DNA of 20,000 nt from an uncultured virus (IMG/VR IMGVR_UViG_3300046315_000155). Taxonomy: Duplodnaviria; Heunggongvirae; Uroviricota; Caudoviricetes. The stretch lies in the IMG/VR virus record IMGVR_UViG_3300046315_000155; one strand, 5' to 3'. Both the position numbers and the translations under genes were made by a program. This document shows, piece after piece, positions 1-9,285 of this stretch. Positions within the stretch are counted from its first letter, which is position 1, and every line of letters begins with the position of its first letter. The notes under the pieces are model-generated. The model saw nothing but the letters and a program-made list of their open reading frames with translations, was not told the origin of the DNA and did no database searches.

Positions 1-633
1 AATGTACCAAATAATGAATTTAGTATTGTTGGTAATAATGTTGTCTTTACACAAAATATTACTGGTACGGCATATGGGGTCTATAGTGATAATTTTACTG
101 CATTAAATTTAGTCAGCCTTACCAATAAAATCTATACCATTACCAATAACCCCACTAATAGAAACATAATACTATTTGTAAATGGAGTTATCCAACCATC
201 TGCAAATTATACTACTACTAGTACAACACTTACTGTTAATTCTACTGATTTTATTACTCATTTGAGTGCTTGGATCGTTGATGATACTATTGGAGTAGAT
301 GATGTATATTCTATTGTATATAATAGTAATAATGATAAAGACGTGATCCCCGCTGAATTCAAATTTAATATTGTTGGGGGCGAATTGACTGGCGTTGATA
401 TTGTGTATGCTGGATTGCATTATCCCCGCTACATGATGTTAGCGGTAGAGGGGGTTGCTGACCCTGCTAAGATCTTATTAGAATGTTTGAACGGTAGTAT
501 TGTTAGAGCAAAAATTATTGATGCTGGTAGTGGGTTAACTAATACCAACTATACTACAAAATTGTACTATTATGGGCAAATTGAATCTGAACATTATTGT
601 ATGATCGAGTCTGATGTTTCTATTATTGTTTAA
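1..633 (+). CDS. C-terminal part of a phage virion structural protein (baseplate wedge/tail-associated like); starts before the window
   Basis: Frame 1 is open from base 1 to TAA at 631-633, so the ORF-track start at 262 is internal. N/T/V/G-rich beta-type sequence with ILFVNGVIQPSANYT and IIDAGSG motifs typical of T4-like cyanophage structural proteins. Confidence 0.6.
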   Translation, partial: NVPNNEFSIVGNNVVFTQNITGTAYGVYSDNFTALNLVSLTNKIYTITNNPTNRNIILFVNGVIQPSANYTTTSTTLTVNSTDFITHLSAWIVDDTIGVDDVYSIVYNSNNDKDVIPAEFKFNIVGGELTGVDIVYAGLHYPRYMMLAVEGVADPAKILLECLNGSIVRAKIIDAGSGLTNTNYTTKLYYYGQIESEHYCMIESDVSIIV

Positions 634-709
634 TATGCCCTGGGAGGGGTCTAAAATGCCATGTAGCAGGTCTTAATTGAAATAATGACCACTAGCATCA
701 AATCATAAA

Positions 710-748
710 AATAATGACCTCCTAATTGATTTTTAGAAGGTCATTATT
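710..748. terminator. Stem-loop, probable terminator; near-identical copy at 6252-6289
   Basis: AATAATGACCT(C)CTAA...TTAGAAGGTCATTATT inverted repeat downstream of the structural gene. Confidence 0.55.
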
Positions 749-831
749 AAATTTAATAATTTAGAATTTGGTGGTGGTATTTTGCGCCAATATATGTTAG
801 TATGATAATGCTGTCTTTATCATTAATTTTT

Positions 832-1639
832 ATGACCAACAGAACCCCTAAAAAATATAACTATTTGTATGAAACTATCCTAGTGGGTAGTGATAAGAAA
901 TATTACGGTATGCACTCATCAGACAAACATCCAGATAATGATCCTTATTTGGGATCTGGTAAATGGGTGAAGTCTATTAAAGATAAGAATCTATTGCGAC
1001 GAACAATACTTTCTTACTATGACACCATAGAAGAATTGATGATAGCAGAGACGGAATTGATCGCCGAACATTTGCACAAACCATATTGTATGAATTTTTC
1101 GCCAATTTCTGGTGGTGGTAACGGGTTATCTGGTGAAAATCATCCTAATTTTGCAAAAGATTTTTCCACATCAACAAGGAAAAAAATGTCTGATTCTCAT
1201 ATCGGTAACACTCCATCAGAAAAAACTAAACAAAAACTATCAAATTGCAAAGTTGGTAGTAATAATCCCATGTATGGAAAATTTGGGGAAGAACATCCTT
1301 TGTATGGATATAAACACACGCAGCAAACTAAGAAAAATATGTCTGCTTCTCAAAAGGGAAAAACTTTATCAGAAGAAGCGAAGAAACATTTATCAGTTGT
1401 TATGGCTGGGCGAATTTTTACCGACGAACATAAAAAAAACTTGTCAGTTTCTTTGTGTGGCGAAAAGGCACCACATGCAAAGTTAAATGAACAACAAGTG
1501 CGAGAAATAAAAGTATTACTAAGAGATGGGTTTACTGGAGTATATATATATATATATATCAAAAAAATATAATGTTCATAAGGCTACTATTAATGATATA
1601 AAGTTAGCAAAAACCTGGAAGCATGTTATAATATTATAA
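832..1639 (+). CDS. GIY-YIG homing endonuclease (Seg-like) with NUMOD3-type repeats; C-terminal HTH frameshifted at a (TA)n tract
   Basis: YLYET...YYGMHS...YLGSG N-terminal GIY-YIG motifs, NPMYGK/HTQQTKKNMS NUMOD3-like repeats, and AKLNEQQVREIK HTH start. The frame stops at 1572, but SKKYNVHKATINDIKLAKTWKHV continues in another frame to TAA 1637-1639. Likely start ATG 832. Confidence 0.85.
1541..1559. repeat. (TA)9T microsatellite inside the endonuclease gene
   Basis: tatatatatatatatatat read directly. Confidence 0.95.
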
Positions 1640-1642
1640 ATA
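1635..1642 (+). promoter_or_regulatory. T4-type late promoter TATAAATA
   Basis: Exact TATAAATA 25 bp upstream of the PAAR-like gene. Confidence 0.5.
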
Positions 1643-1667
1643 TTAAGTGATAAATAAATAAATTTAT

Positions 1668-1985
1668 ATGAGTCAAGTAGCAAATTCATCCTGTTTTGTG
1701 TCACTGTCCGCAATACCCCCCTGCTGCATTTACCCCCAAACACCATTAGTCAGACAAAATAACAACTTCGTAAATGGTTATCCCGTTCTAACTGCGGGAT
1801 TTTATGGGATTAGAAGTAATATTAATCTGACCTGTGCATCCCCGTGTTTGCCCGATCAACTATTTGCTGCTGGCACCGCTACAAATTCGTACTCTGGAGG
1901 ATTGCCAAAATTAAAAATTGGTGATAATATAGGTATATACGGAGGGGTAATCATCGGATCGCCTAGCAACACATTTATTAGTTAA
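1668..1985 (+). CDS. PAAR-like baseplate spike tip protein (gp5.4-like)
   Basis: 105 aa, Cys-containing, with FVNGYPVLTAG, GGLPKLKIGDNIG and GSPSNTFIS segments resembling PAAR repeats. Confidence 0.65.
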   Translation: MSQVANSSCFVSLSAIPPCCIYPQTPLVRQNNNFVNGYPVLTAGFYGIRSNINLTCASPCLPDQLFAAGTATNSYSGGLPKLKIGDNIGIYGGVIIGSPSNTFIS

Positions 1986-1986
1986 T

Positions 1987-2259
1987 ATGAGCATAATTTC
2001 GTCTGGCTGGTTGTCAAATTGTAAATGCAAAGATCTTGGTTTGCGTTTATACCATAGTGAAGGTAGCAAATTTCTCAAATCTTTTAATGTTCTAGATTTT
2101 TGTGATTGCAAACACGGACAAAACTTGAGACAATATTTTCCTCGATTTGAACGAATATACAATCCACACATATTTTGGTCAGAACAATTGAAAAAAATGA
2201 TGATTGTCGTAAATGGTAAGTCAATAGAACTTCGCAAATTACTTTACAAATATCAATAA
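1987..2259 (+). CDS. Hypothetical protein
   Basis: 90 aa ORF starting 1 bp after the PAAR stop; two CxC motifs. Confidence 0.6.
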   Translation: MSIISSGWLSNCKCKDLGLRLYHSEGSKFLKSFNVLDFCDCKHGQNLRQYFPRFERIYNPHIFWSEQLKKMMIVVNGKSIELRKLLYKYQ

Positions 2260-2272
2260 ATAATGTTATAAT
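2243..2272 (+). promoter_or_regulatory. Sigma70-type promoter
   Basis: TTTACA-18-TATAAT with extended -10 TG. Confidence 0.5.
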
Positions 2273-2302
2273 AGATATATTCCACTCTCTCACCAAAATT
2301 TT

Positions 2303-2431
2303 ATGACCAACACTGAACGAAATGCACAATTAATGAAAGCGACAACTGGCGCAACTCGGTTAGTGACTGATTATTATGTTCTTCCACCAGTTAAAGTAAT
2401 TCGCAAATCGAAGCCTAATACACTTGGATAA
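2303..2431 (+). CDS. Small hypothetical protein (42 aa, not in ORF track)
   Basis: MTNTERNAQLMKATTGATRLVTDYYVLPPVKVIRKSKPNTLG, lying between a promoter and a terminator. Start context (aattttATGaccaac) resembles that of the gene at 832. Confidence 0.5.
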   Translation: MTNTERNAQLMKATTGATRLVTDYYVLPPVKVIRKSKPNTLG

Positions 2432-2465
2432 TTCTTTGTTGGATAACACCACTCAAAATATTAAG

Positions 2466-2494
2466 AAAGAGAGCAATAATTGCTCTCTTTTTTT
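2466..2494 (+). terminator. Rho-independent terminator
   Basis: AAAGAGAGCAA-loop-TTGCTCTCTTT followed by a T run. Confidence 0.75.
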
Positions 2495-2495
2495 G

Positions 2496-2525
2496 TTGAC
2501 ATTCTATAGTGATTGATGCTATAAT
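2496..2525 (+). promoter_or_regulatory. Consensus sigma70 promoter for the methylase
   Basis: TTGACA-18-TATAAT with extended -10 TG. Confidence 0.8.
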
Positions 2526-2552
2526 TATATGAAAGATAGAAATTAATCAAAA

Positions 2553-3053
2553 ATGACTAAACCTAGAATTTCCAACCCAAGTAATCATTGGACGACACCA
2601 AAATATTTCTACGATCAATTAGTTGATGTACATGGTGAAATGTTTGATGTTTGCCCCATAAATGAAGTAATCACGCCAGAAAATGATGCACTAATCGTCC
2701 CTTGGAAAAAAGTTAATTTTGTCAATCCTCCATACAGCAAAATAGAAAAAGAAGCATTTGTTATGAAGGGGTTAGCAGAATGGCAAATTAATGGTAATAA
2801 ATCTGTATTTCTACTTCCTGTCAGCACGTCTACCAGACTTTATCACCATGTAATTAAACCTCATGCTAGTCAAATTCTATTCATAGAAGGCAGACTAAAA
2901 TTTGAAGGTATTGGTAAGATTAAAGTTAATGGTGTACTACAACCCGCCCATATCAATCCTGGCACTGGTATAAATTCTATCCCCAACACAGAACATCTAC
3001 CAAAAGCTAAAAACTCAGGTACTTTCGACTCAATGGTGGTAGTATTTGGTTGA
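2553..3053 (+). CDS. dam: Phage DNA N6-adenine methyltransferase (Dam-like, PF05869 type)
   Basis: HWTTP, FDV, FVNPPYS catalytic motif, VFLLP..TST and FIEGRLKF. Confidence 0.85.
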   Translation: MTKPRISNPSNHWTTPKYFYDQLVDVHGEMFDVCPINEVITPENDALIVPWKKVNFVNPPYSKIEKEAFVMKGLAEWQINGNKSVFLLPVSTSTRLYHHVIKPHASQILFIEGRLKFEGIGKIKVNGVLQPAHINPGTGINSIPNTEHLPKAKNSGTFDSMVVVFG

Positions 3054-3087
3054 CATTTCTCACCATTTTTGTTATAGGGGATTAATT

Positions 3088-3792
3088 ATGATACATTTCT
3101 GCAAAATACTCAATTTCTATCAGTTCGTTCAGCCTCATCATAATATAAATAATGGATCTTGTAAGCCATTAACATATAATCAATTATTTGTAGACGATCT
3201 ACTACATCTGCTCAATACTAATACTGGTAAATTATATACTAATTCTATCGATCTTGATAAAGTAGATCTTCTTAAACTATATAATTGGTGTCCTGACAAT
3301 AAAGGTAGATTTCTAACATATAAAAATGGACAAACTGTAAAAATTCATGAATCTGTATATGGTGCAAAGACTAATAAGAATTGGGTGATCAATCATATAA
3401 ATGGCGATCCTAGTAATAATACAAGATCTAATTTAGAATTAGTCACTAATTGGTTCAACACCGCAATAATGAAGAAGTCATCTGGACTTCCTATTGGTAT
3501 ACTGTATCATCATGGTGATAGTAGCTATCAAACACAAATTGCTATGCCAAGAGTAAAGAAACAAATAAATTTTGGTTCTGAAGATCTTAACTATCTTCAA
3601 AACTTGCACTACCAATTTGCTATTAAATCAGGTTTAGTATTGCCAGAAAGATATCTATTATCAGTCCCAAACTGGCTACCAGATCATACTATCCTATTCA
3701 CTCCAGAACATCAATCAAAACTAGATAAATTAATTGAAGCACATCTAGCTAATCAAGCAACTTGGGAACAACCTACTCCACTCACTCACTAA
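3088..3792 (+). CDS. HNH homing endonuclease (HNH_3-like plus putative AP2-like domain), paralog 1
   Basis: WVINHINGDPSNNTRSNLELVT motif. Start ATG 3088 is chosen by alignment with paralog 2; TTGACA-17-TATAGG lies at 3050-3078. Confidence 0.8.
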   Translation: MIHFCKILNFYQFVQPHHNINNGSCKPLTYNQLFVDDLLHLLNTNTGKLYTNSIDLDKVDLLKLYNWCPDNKGRFLTYKNGQTVKIHESVYGAKTNKNWVINHINGDPSNNTRSNLELVTNWFNTAIMKKSSGLPIGILYHHGDSSYQTQIAMPRVKKQINFGSEDLNYLQNLHYQFAIKSGLVLPERYLLSVPNWLPDHTILFTPEHQSKLDKLIEAHLANQATWEQPTPLTH

Positions 3793-3846
3793 TTATTAAA
3801 TTTAATAATCATGTCAATTCCTACATTCAAGAGTGTAATAATCTTA

Positions 3847-3965
3847 TGGAAGGAATGACGCTAGAAGAACAACAATCTATGTGTGACAATGTTACTAAAG
3901 TATTAGTCAATTATTATTCATCTCTTTCGCCAAAATATGACTCAACAAATCTATCAACTCATTAA
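3847..3965 (+). CDS. Possible small hypothetical protein
   Basis: ATG-start portion of ORF 3762-3965; start uncertain. Confidence 0.3.
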
Positions 3966-4281
3966 ACAAATCAATCTCGAAGATACGATTTACTCAATAA
4001 ACATAAACAATCAAGACAATAATTACCTAAGATCAATCAATCTCGAAGATTATATTTGCGTAGTCCCTTCTGTCCAAGAAATTGTAAATTATGTAATCAC
4101 TAATATGGTTCTTGAACTATACCATACCACTAAATCTTTCCCCAAATCTACTCAAATATCTTACAGATTAGAATGTGACGACGATAAAGAATCTCCTATT
4201 GTCTGGAATGCTGGTATGCCGCCTCATTGCCATTTATGCTTACCTACTATCCTTTATTTGCGAATGAGACAAACTGTATGA
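3937..4281 (+). CDS. Hypothetical protein
   Basis: 114 aa; internal INLED duplication (atcaatctcgaagat twice); stop overlaps the next ATG (ATGA). Confidence 0.6.
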   Translation: MTQQIYQLIKQINLEDTIYSININNQDNNYLRSINLEDYICVVPSVQEIVNYVITNMVLELYHTTKSFPKSTQISYRLECDDDKESPIVWNAGMPPHCHLCLPTILYLRMRQTV

Positions 4282-4976
4282 TTCATTATACCAACACTAC
4301 TAATAAATGGGAATTCGATCTACCTCATCATAATGTAAATAAAAGTAATTATAAATTAATTTTTAATCAATTGTTTGTAGATGAAACTTTACATGTACTC
4401 AATACTAATACTGGTAGATTATATACTAATACTATCGATCTTGATAAAGTAGATCTATTAAAACTATATAATTGGTGTCCGGATTGTGAAGGCAGATTTA
4501 GTACAAAGAAAAATGGAAAAAATGTAAAAATTTATGAATTAATAGTTGGATTGAAGACTAATCAAAATTGGGTGATCAATCATATAGATGGCGATCCTAG
4601 TAATAATACAAGATCTAATTTAGAATTAGTGACAAATTGGTTCAATATAGCATTAATGAAAAAGTCATCGGGACTTCCTATAGGTATAAAATATAATCGT
4701 GGTGGTACTAGCTATCAAACAATAATCCGTATGCCAAGAATACATGACAAATTTATAAATTTTGGTTCAAAAGATCAGAATTGCCTTCAAAACATTCATT
4801 ATCAGTTTGCCACTAAATCAGGGGTAGTATCTCCCGAACGATACCTCAAAGAAGTACCTAATTGGTTGCCTGATTCTACTATACAATTTACTCCAGAACA
4901 TCAATCAAAACTAAACCAATTGATCGAAGCACATCTAGAGAATCAACTTACTTGGGATGCCCCGATTATGTTCTGA
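4278..4976 (+). CDS. HNH homing endonuclease, paralog 2
   Basis: WVINHIDGDPSNNTRSNLELVT; long identical stretches shared with paralog 1; ATGA coupling at 4278. Confidence 0.8.
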   Translation: MIHYTNTTNKWEFDLPHHNVNKSNYKLIFNQLFVDETLHVLNTNTGRLYTNTIDLDKVDLLKLYNWCPDCEGRFSTKKNGKNVKIYELIVGLKTNQNWVINHIDGDPSNNTRSNLELVTNWFNIALMKKSSGLPIGIKYNRGGTSYQTIIRMPRIHDKFINFGSKDQNCLQNIHYQFATKSGVVSPERYLKEVPNWLPDSTIQFTPEHQSKLNQLIEAHLENQLTWDAPIMF

Positions 4977-5029
4977 GATGCCCATAGAATGCCTTACTAC
5001 ACCACTTACATATTCTCACCAAATTAACT

Positions 5030-5392
5030 ATGTCTTCTGATACTAAAATTTTTGATTCTCTTGTTGATGCCAAATTGTACCACTTAACAGAACAAATGAC
5101 TAGTGATGTATTACTAGTTCCTGTATATCAAGTATTGACAGATTCTGTTCCTGGTTGTAATAATAAACTTGTACCTAACGGCAAAATTCAATACTTTCAC
5201 AAACGCTCTTTTGTAAAAAATACTCGGACTATTACAATCTGTCGTAATGCTTATCCCCACAAATTAACTCTTATTCGTTTTGGTGCCGAAATAACCATCA
5301 AAATTGAACACTGTAACAACACTTATATTGAGACATATACACTATCTTCTGAAGATTTGTCTAATTTAAACTCATTATTGCGAGGATTATAA
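5030..5392 (+). CDS. Hypothetical protein
   Basis: 120 aa ORF in the same operon orientation. Confidence 0.65.
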   Translation: MSSDTKIFDSLVDAKLYHLTEQMTSDVLLVPVYQVLTDSVPGCNNKLVPNGKIQYFHKRSFVKNTRTITICRNAYPHKLTLIRFGAEITIKIEHCNNTYIETYTLSSEDLSNLNSLLRGL

Positions 5393-5396
5393 AAAT

Positions 5397-5777
5397 ATGA
5401 CTTACACCGAATTTTATAACAAATTTGAACACCTCCTCACTAATTCTGTCGGCACTTTGTGGGATCCTCACGAATTCGATGCTAGTGAGAAAATTAACTT
5501 CGATTTTATCCACCATAACCATCCTATTTATACTATTAAAGGAGTTGATACTATACTTACACAACCCCCCGAACCTATATTTGATGAACTAGAAGAAATA
5601 TTTAATGCTGTCCATTCTGGTAGAAGAATGAACAATGATATAAAACTTAAAGAAATTGAAGTTTATATGTCTATTCGACATCAAAAAACTCTTGGTTGGG
5701 TTAATCGTGTACCTACTACCATTTTGCACCACTTCATTCATATCAGACAGTTCTACAATTTACTATTTTTATACTGA
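5397..5777 (+). CDS. Hypothetical protein, paralog A of a tandem pair
   Basis: GAGG RBS; MTYTEFYNKFEHLLTNSVGTLWDPHEF aligns with the next gene. Confidence 0.75.
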   Translation: MTYTEFYNKFEHLLTNSVGTLWDPHEFDASEKINFDFIHHNHPIYTIKGVDTILTQPPEPIFDELEEIFNAVHSGRRMNNDIKLKEIEVYMSIRHQKTLGWVNRVPTTILHHFIHIRQFYNLLFLY

Positions 5778-6163
5778 TGGCATACCAAGATTTTTATAAC
5801 AAATTTCAGCATTTGTTAACCAGTTCTATTGGAACAATATGGGATCCTCATGAGTTTTGTGCTGATGAGAAAATAGACTTCGATTATGTTCATCACTCAC
5901 ATCTCATCTCATTCACTGAAAATGAAGATGGTATCTATGAACAGTCACCAAACCCCCCATTTGATGTTCTTGAAACTATTCTAAGTTGTATACACCCAAA
6001 TAGATTGAAATGCGATATAATTTACAAAGAGTTGGTGATATTTATGGCAATCCAAACCCAGAAGACGGTAGAAGTGATTAATAGTACCCCTGTGACATAT
6101 TATCACAGATTTATTCCACTCATTCAAATTTATAATATTCTTTTTAATAATGACACATATTAG
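5777..6163 (+). CDS. Hypothetical protein, paralog B of a tandem pair
   Basis: TGATG coupling; MAYQDFYNKFQHLLTSSIGTIWDPHEF. Confidence 0.75.
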   Translation: MAYQDFYNKFQHLLTSSIGTIWDPHEFCADEKIDFDYVHHSHLISFTENEDGIYEQSPNPPFDVLETILSCIHPNRLKCDIIYKELVIFMAIQTQKTVEVINSTPVTYYHRFIPLIQIYNILFNNDTY

Positions 6164-6251
6164 GGGAACCTATATTATGCTCTCAGACCCCTCTAGGATG
6201 CCCTACAACGAATGATAATCTAAATAATGACTACTAGTACCAAATTATAAA

Positions 6252-6289
6252 AATAATGACCTTCTAATTGATTTTAGAAGGTCATTATT
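6252..6289. terminator. Perfect 16-bp stem-loop between convergent genes (bidirectional terminator)
   Basis: AATAATGACCTTCTAA-TTGATT-TTAGAAGGTCATTATT. Confidence 0.7.
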
Positions 6290-6305
6290 AAATTTAATAA
6301 TTTTT

Positions 6306-7109
6306 CTATTTTTTAGTTTTTAACTTCGTAATTAGCGCATCAATTGCTGGAGTTTTAGATTTTTGTTTAGAATTTACATAATCTTTGTGATGACTATGTA
6401 GTTCTGCTAAATGTTTTTCATTGTCTGGATGATCGGATTCTGTATCTGTCATATGTTCGGATTCGCTCCCATCTGCATTTATTGCAGTTCCGTGCATTAC
6501 TCTATTTCTTCGAGTGATATGTAATTTCCCCCCTTCTCCATAATCTCTACTCATAGTACGAATTTTTCCATCAGTCGAACCAGCACTAGGTTTATCTCCA
6601 TGCGCGTTTATTTCATCATGTTCTAACGGATGTAAATATTTTTTTCCTCGTTTGTGTTCTTCTGGATGATCGTCTGCGTGTTTTTTTACGATTCCATATT
6701 GTTCCCCCGCTTTATTTAGTCCCCCAAATCCTGCCATTTTTCCATATATTCTTGCTCGTTTGTTTCCTTCGCCATCCGCATCTGGCATAGTATCAGATCT
6801 GACTACATCTCCAATATCTGTGTTATTCTGTATATAATGATTATGTAAATGTGCTGCATCATGTAATGTGTTCTTTTTGTCTGTTATCGAACTGCTGTTA
6901 CCCTTTTTTTTATTCATCCACGCTACACTATGTGTAACCCCTGAATAATCTTGGTGATATCTACTTGGTGTAAATTCCGCATCTCCCTGATAATGCGTAA
7001 GTTTTGTTTGATGATATCCTTCATCGGAAATTATATCCGATGATGGCATTTTGCTCAATGCTTCTTGCAATTCATAAAATTCTGTAATTTGTTGATATAA
7101 TTTTCTCAT
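6306..7109 (-). CDS. His/Asp/Lys-rich hypothetical protein, possibly a late or internal virion protein
   Basis: 267 aa; ATAAATA late-promoter-like motifs upstream; N-terminal ITEFYELQEA resembles T4-type prohead-protease-processed leaders (inference). Confidence 0.7.
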   Translation of the reverse strand: MRKLYQQITEFYELQEALSKMPSSDIISDEGYHQTKLTHYQGDAEFTPSRYHQDYSGVTHSVAWMNKKKGNSSSITDKKNTLHDAAHLHNHYIQNNTDIGDVVRSDTMPDADGEGNKRARIYGKMAGFGGLNKAGEQYGIVKKHADDHPEEHKRGKKYLHPLEHDEINAHGDKPSAGSTDGKIRTMSRDYGEGGKLHITRRNRVMHGTAINADGSESEHMTDTESDHPDNEKHLAELHSHHKDYVNSKQKSKTPAIDALITKLKTKK

Positions 7110-7516
7110 AATATAAATTTATTTGTTTATTTATTTATTATTAAAAAAAATTTTAAAAGATTTGTAAATATAGCTGGCAAATCTAAAGACCTTTTCAAAA
7201 AAAAAAATTCTAAAAAAATTTTAAAAAGATTGGTAAATATATCCGTCAAATGCACTGTCTTAGAAGTCAAATTCTTATAGGAAACCCCCTACCCCCTATT
7301 TTAAATCATGCGAAGTCGATGAGTAAAAAAGTCAGGCATATCCAGCATACTTCACTACACTACAACCACACACTGTCTTTTTGTCCTTCCTGATGTAGTA
7401 TATTACATGACAACACAGGCAACAACTACACTTCACTACCACTACACTACAAACACTGTCGATCGGGCATTCTAGCGCAGTTTGAGAGGATGTTAGTAAC
7501 TAAGCTGAGGTAGGTA

Positions 7517-7816
7517 GCGATCGATCTCCAATGGGTTTGTAGTCCTTTTAATGACTTTTTGTCTACAAAAGACTGACTAGATAATGTATATACCACAGCT
7601 ACATATATTACAGACTATAGTGTTTGGGAGTTACAATCTCCGATCTGGATTTTATTACATTAGGTAGCAAGATAGACATACATAATCGGTAGTGCATAAT
7701 AATACTCTTTGACGTATCCAATAGGTTTGAAGTGCTTTTAATGACTTTTCTCCTACAAAAGACTGACTAGATAATGTATATACCACAGCTACACATATTA
7801 CAGAGTATAGTGTTTG
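7517..7816. repeat. Non-coding repeat block, copy 1 (100-bp unit at 7527-7626 and 7717-7816)
   Basis: TCCAAT(G/A)GGTTTG...CTACAAAAGACTGACTAGATAATGTATATACCACAGCTAC...TATAGTGTTTG repeated with a 190-bp period. Confidence 0.95.
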
Positions 7817-7830
7817 ACTGATACAAAAAA

Positions 7831-7851
7831 AGCCGATCTAATAGATCGGCT
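7831..7851 (-). terminator. GCCGATCT-family intrinsic terminator
   Basis: AGCCGATCT..AGATCGGCT with an A run on + (U-tract on -). Confidence 0.75.
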
Positions 7852-7876
7852 AAGGTATTAAATTTAATAGTTGTAG

Positions 7877-8194
7877 TTAACTTACTAATGGTAATTTTTC
7901 AGCAACTAGTGTATTATAAGCAGATACAACTGTATTAACTACTAGTAACTCACTAGGATTACAAGGTAGATATATATAAGCATACGGTAACATTTTGTCA
8001 CCGTTTGTGATGTTTTCTGCATAGTCGTAATACAATATACCATCACTAAGTAATATATAATACGCTATTGTATCATTTTCGTACTCTATCGATCCAGAAG
8101 ACTCATTTTGTATGTCTACAAACAATTCCGCTAAATTATCACCATACACATCATGTAGATCGATTAATTCTAAAGTCGTAGTTGAAGTAGTCAT
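7877..8194 (-). CDS. Acidic hypothetical protein (cassette gene)
   Basis: 105 aa; GAGG RBS; own promoter and terminator. Confidence 0.75.
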   Translation of the reverse strand: MTTSTTTLELIDLHDVYGDNLAELFVDIQNESSGSIEYENDTIAYYILLSDGILYYDYAENITNGDKMLPYAYIYLPCNPSELLVVNTVVSAYNTLVAEKLPLVS

Positions 8195-8214
8195 AATGTC
8201 GTAACCTCGAATCT

Positions 8215-8410
8215 GTTTACTCTTTAATTATAACGAGATATCTAGCAGTTTGTCAGAAGTTAAGCATAATAGCTTAGTGATTACGCTGTATCTCAGCCAT
8301 TTAAAACTCCTACAGTTTATACATTGTCGTAATGAGTGAAGTGAGTATATGTCTAGTTTGGCAGTTCGATCGATTGTATGGCATTTTTAAACACCATAGA
8401 GAGGATATTA
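8215..8410 (-). promoter_or_regulatory. Repeated promoter module, variant CTGACA-18-TATAAT (8227-8256)
   Basis: Nearly identical to 10240-10292; shares TGTCGTAATGAGTGAAGTGAGTATATGTCTAG with the 9027 module. Confidence 0.75.
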
Positions 8411-8437
8411 GCAGATCGGGCGATCTGGCATAAACAA

Positions 8438-8475
8438 AATAACACAGCCGATCTCACTAGATCGGCTGTGTTATT
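8438..8475 (-). terminator. GCCGATCT-family terminator
   Basis: AATAACACAGCCGATCT-CACT-AGATCGGCTGTGTTATT. Confidence 0.75.
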
Positions 8476-8548
8476 AAAGTTAATAATTAGATTGTAGTGT
8501 TATGCTAATTTACAAACTAATATTTTATCGCCATTAACTAACCACTGA

Positions 8549-8983
8549 TTATCTAGTAGGTATATCAATCCAATATGTGACAAACTGACATTGTAGCATA
8601 TTAAGTGTATTTGCAACACAAAATACATTATCATCATCAATGTAGTACATTGATAATATTGAGTATAATACATCATCAATGTTGTTATTGTTACAGCAAC
8701 ATTCATCAATACAAAAATGATACAATGCTGTAACATAATCCCAGCTAAACAATATCGATTGTTTAGGGTAAAGCTTACATAATTTTAGCCATACTATAGA
8801 GATAATACATTGTTCTGGTGCAATATCTGAGATTATCAGATGCTCCAAAATTACAACTGTATCATATAGATTAACTGTATCTATATGACTATCTAGATAT
8901 GTGACTAGTTTAGCACTACTAAAACTAGTACATCCGGTTCTGGCAGTAATAATACGTTGTAATTCTATAGTGAATATATTCAT
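8549..8983 (-). CDS. Hypothetical protein (cassette gene); 3' end possibly frameshifted
   Basis: 144 aa; AAGGGA RBS-like leader shared with the gene at 11098. Confidence 0.65.
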   Translation of the reverse strand: MNIFTIELQRIITARTGCTSFSSAKLVTYLDSHIDTVNLYDTVVILEHLIISDIAPEQCIISIVWLKLCKLYPKQSILFSWDYVTALYHFCIDECCCNNNNIDDVLYSILSMYYIDDDNVFCVANTLNMLQCQFVTYWIDIPTR

Positions 8984-9026
8984 TTGTATTATGTTCCCTT
9001 ATCGGTTGTTGTTTGCTTACCTCTCT

Positions 9027-9250
9027 ACTATCCCACTAATCCCGATCCAATTCCAAGCAATTTTAAGATATTAGGCATAATGGCTGAGGGATTACATTGT
9101 CTCTCAGCCATTTGTTTCTCACTACAATTTCTACATTGTCGTAATGAGTGAAGTGAGTATATGTCTAGATTGACTGTCTGGACTGTCTGAGGGCATTCTA
9201 GGCACCTCTCAGAGCATATTAGGGATCGGCGTGGTAGCGATCGATCTCCA
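9027..9250 (-). promoter_or_regulatory. Repeated promoter module (TTGGAA-18-GATAGT, hairpin 9079-9112, CTAGAATGCCC box)
   Basis: Aligns with the modules at 11419, 12899, 15144 and 18694. Confidence 0.75.
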
Positions 9251-9285
9251 GTCATACCACATACTGCAATAAACTGTAATTTGTG

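Noticed and set aside
7570..7600. Xer dif site (ATAATGTATAT matches the dif centre)
   Set aside because: The XerD arm TTATGTTAAAT is absent.
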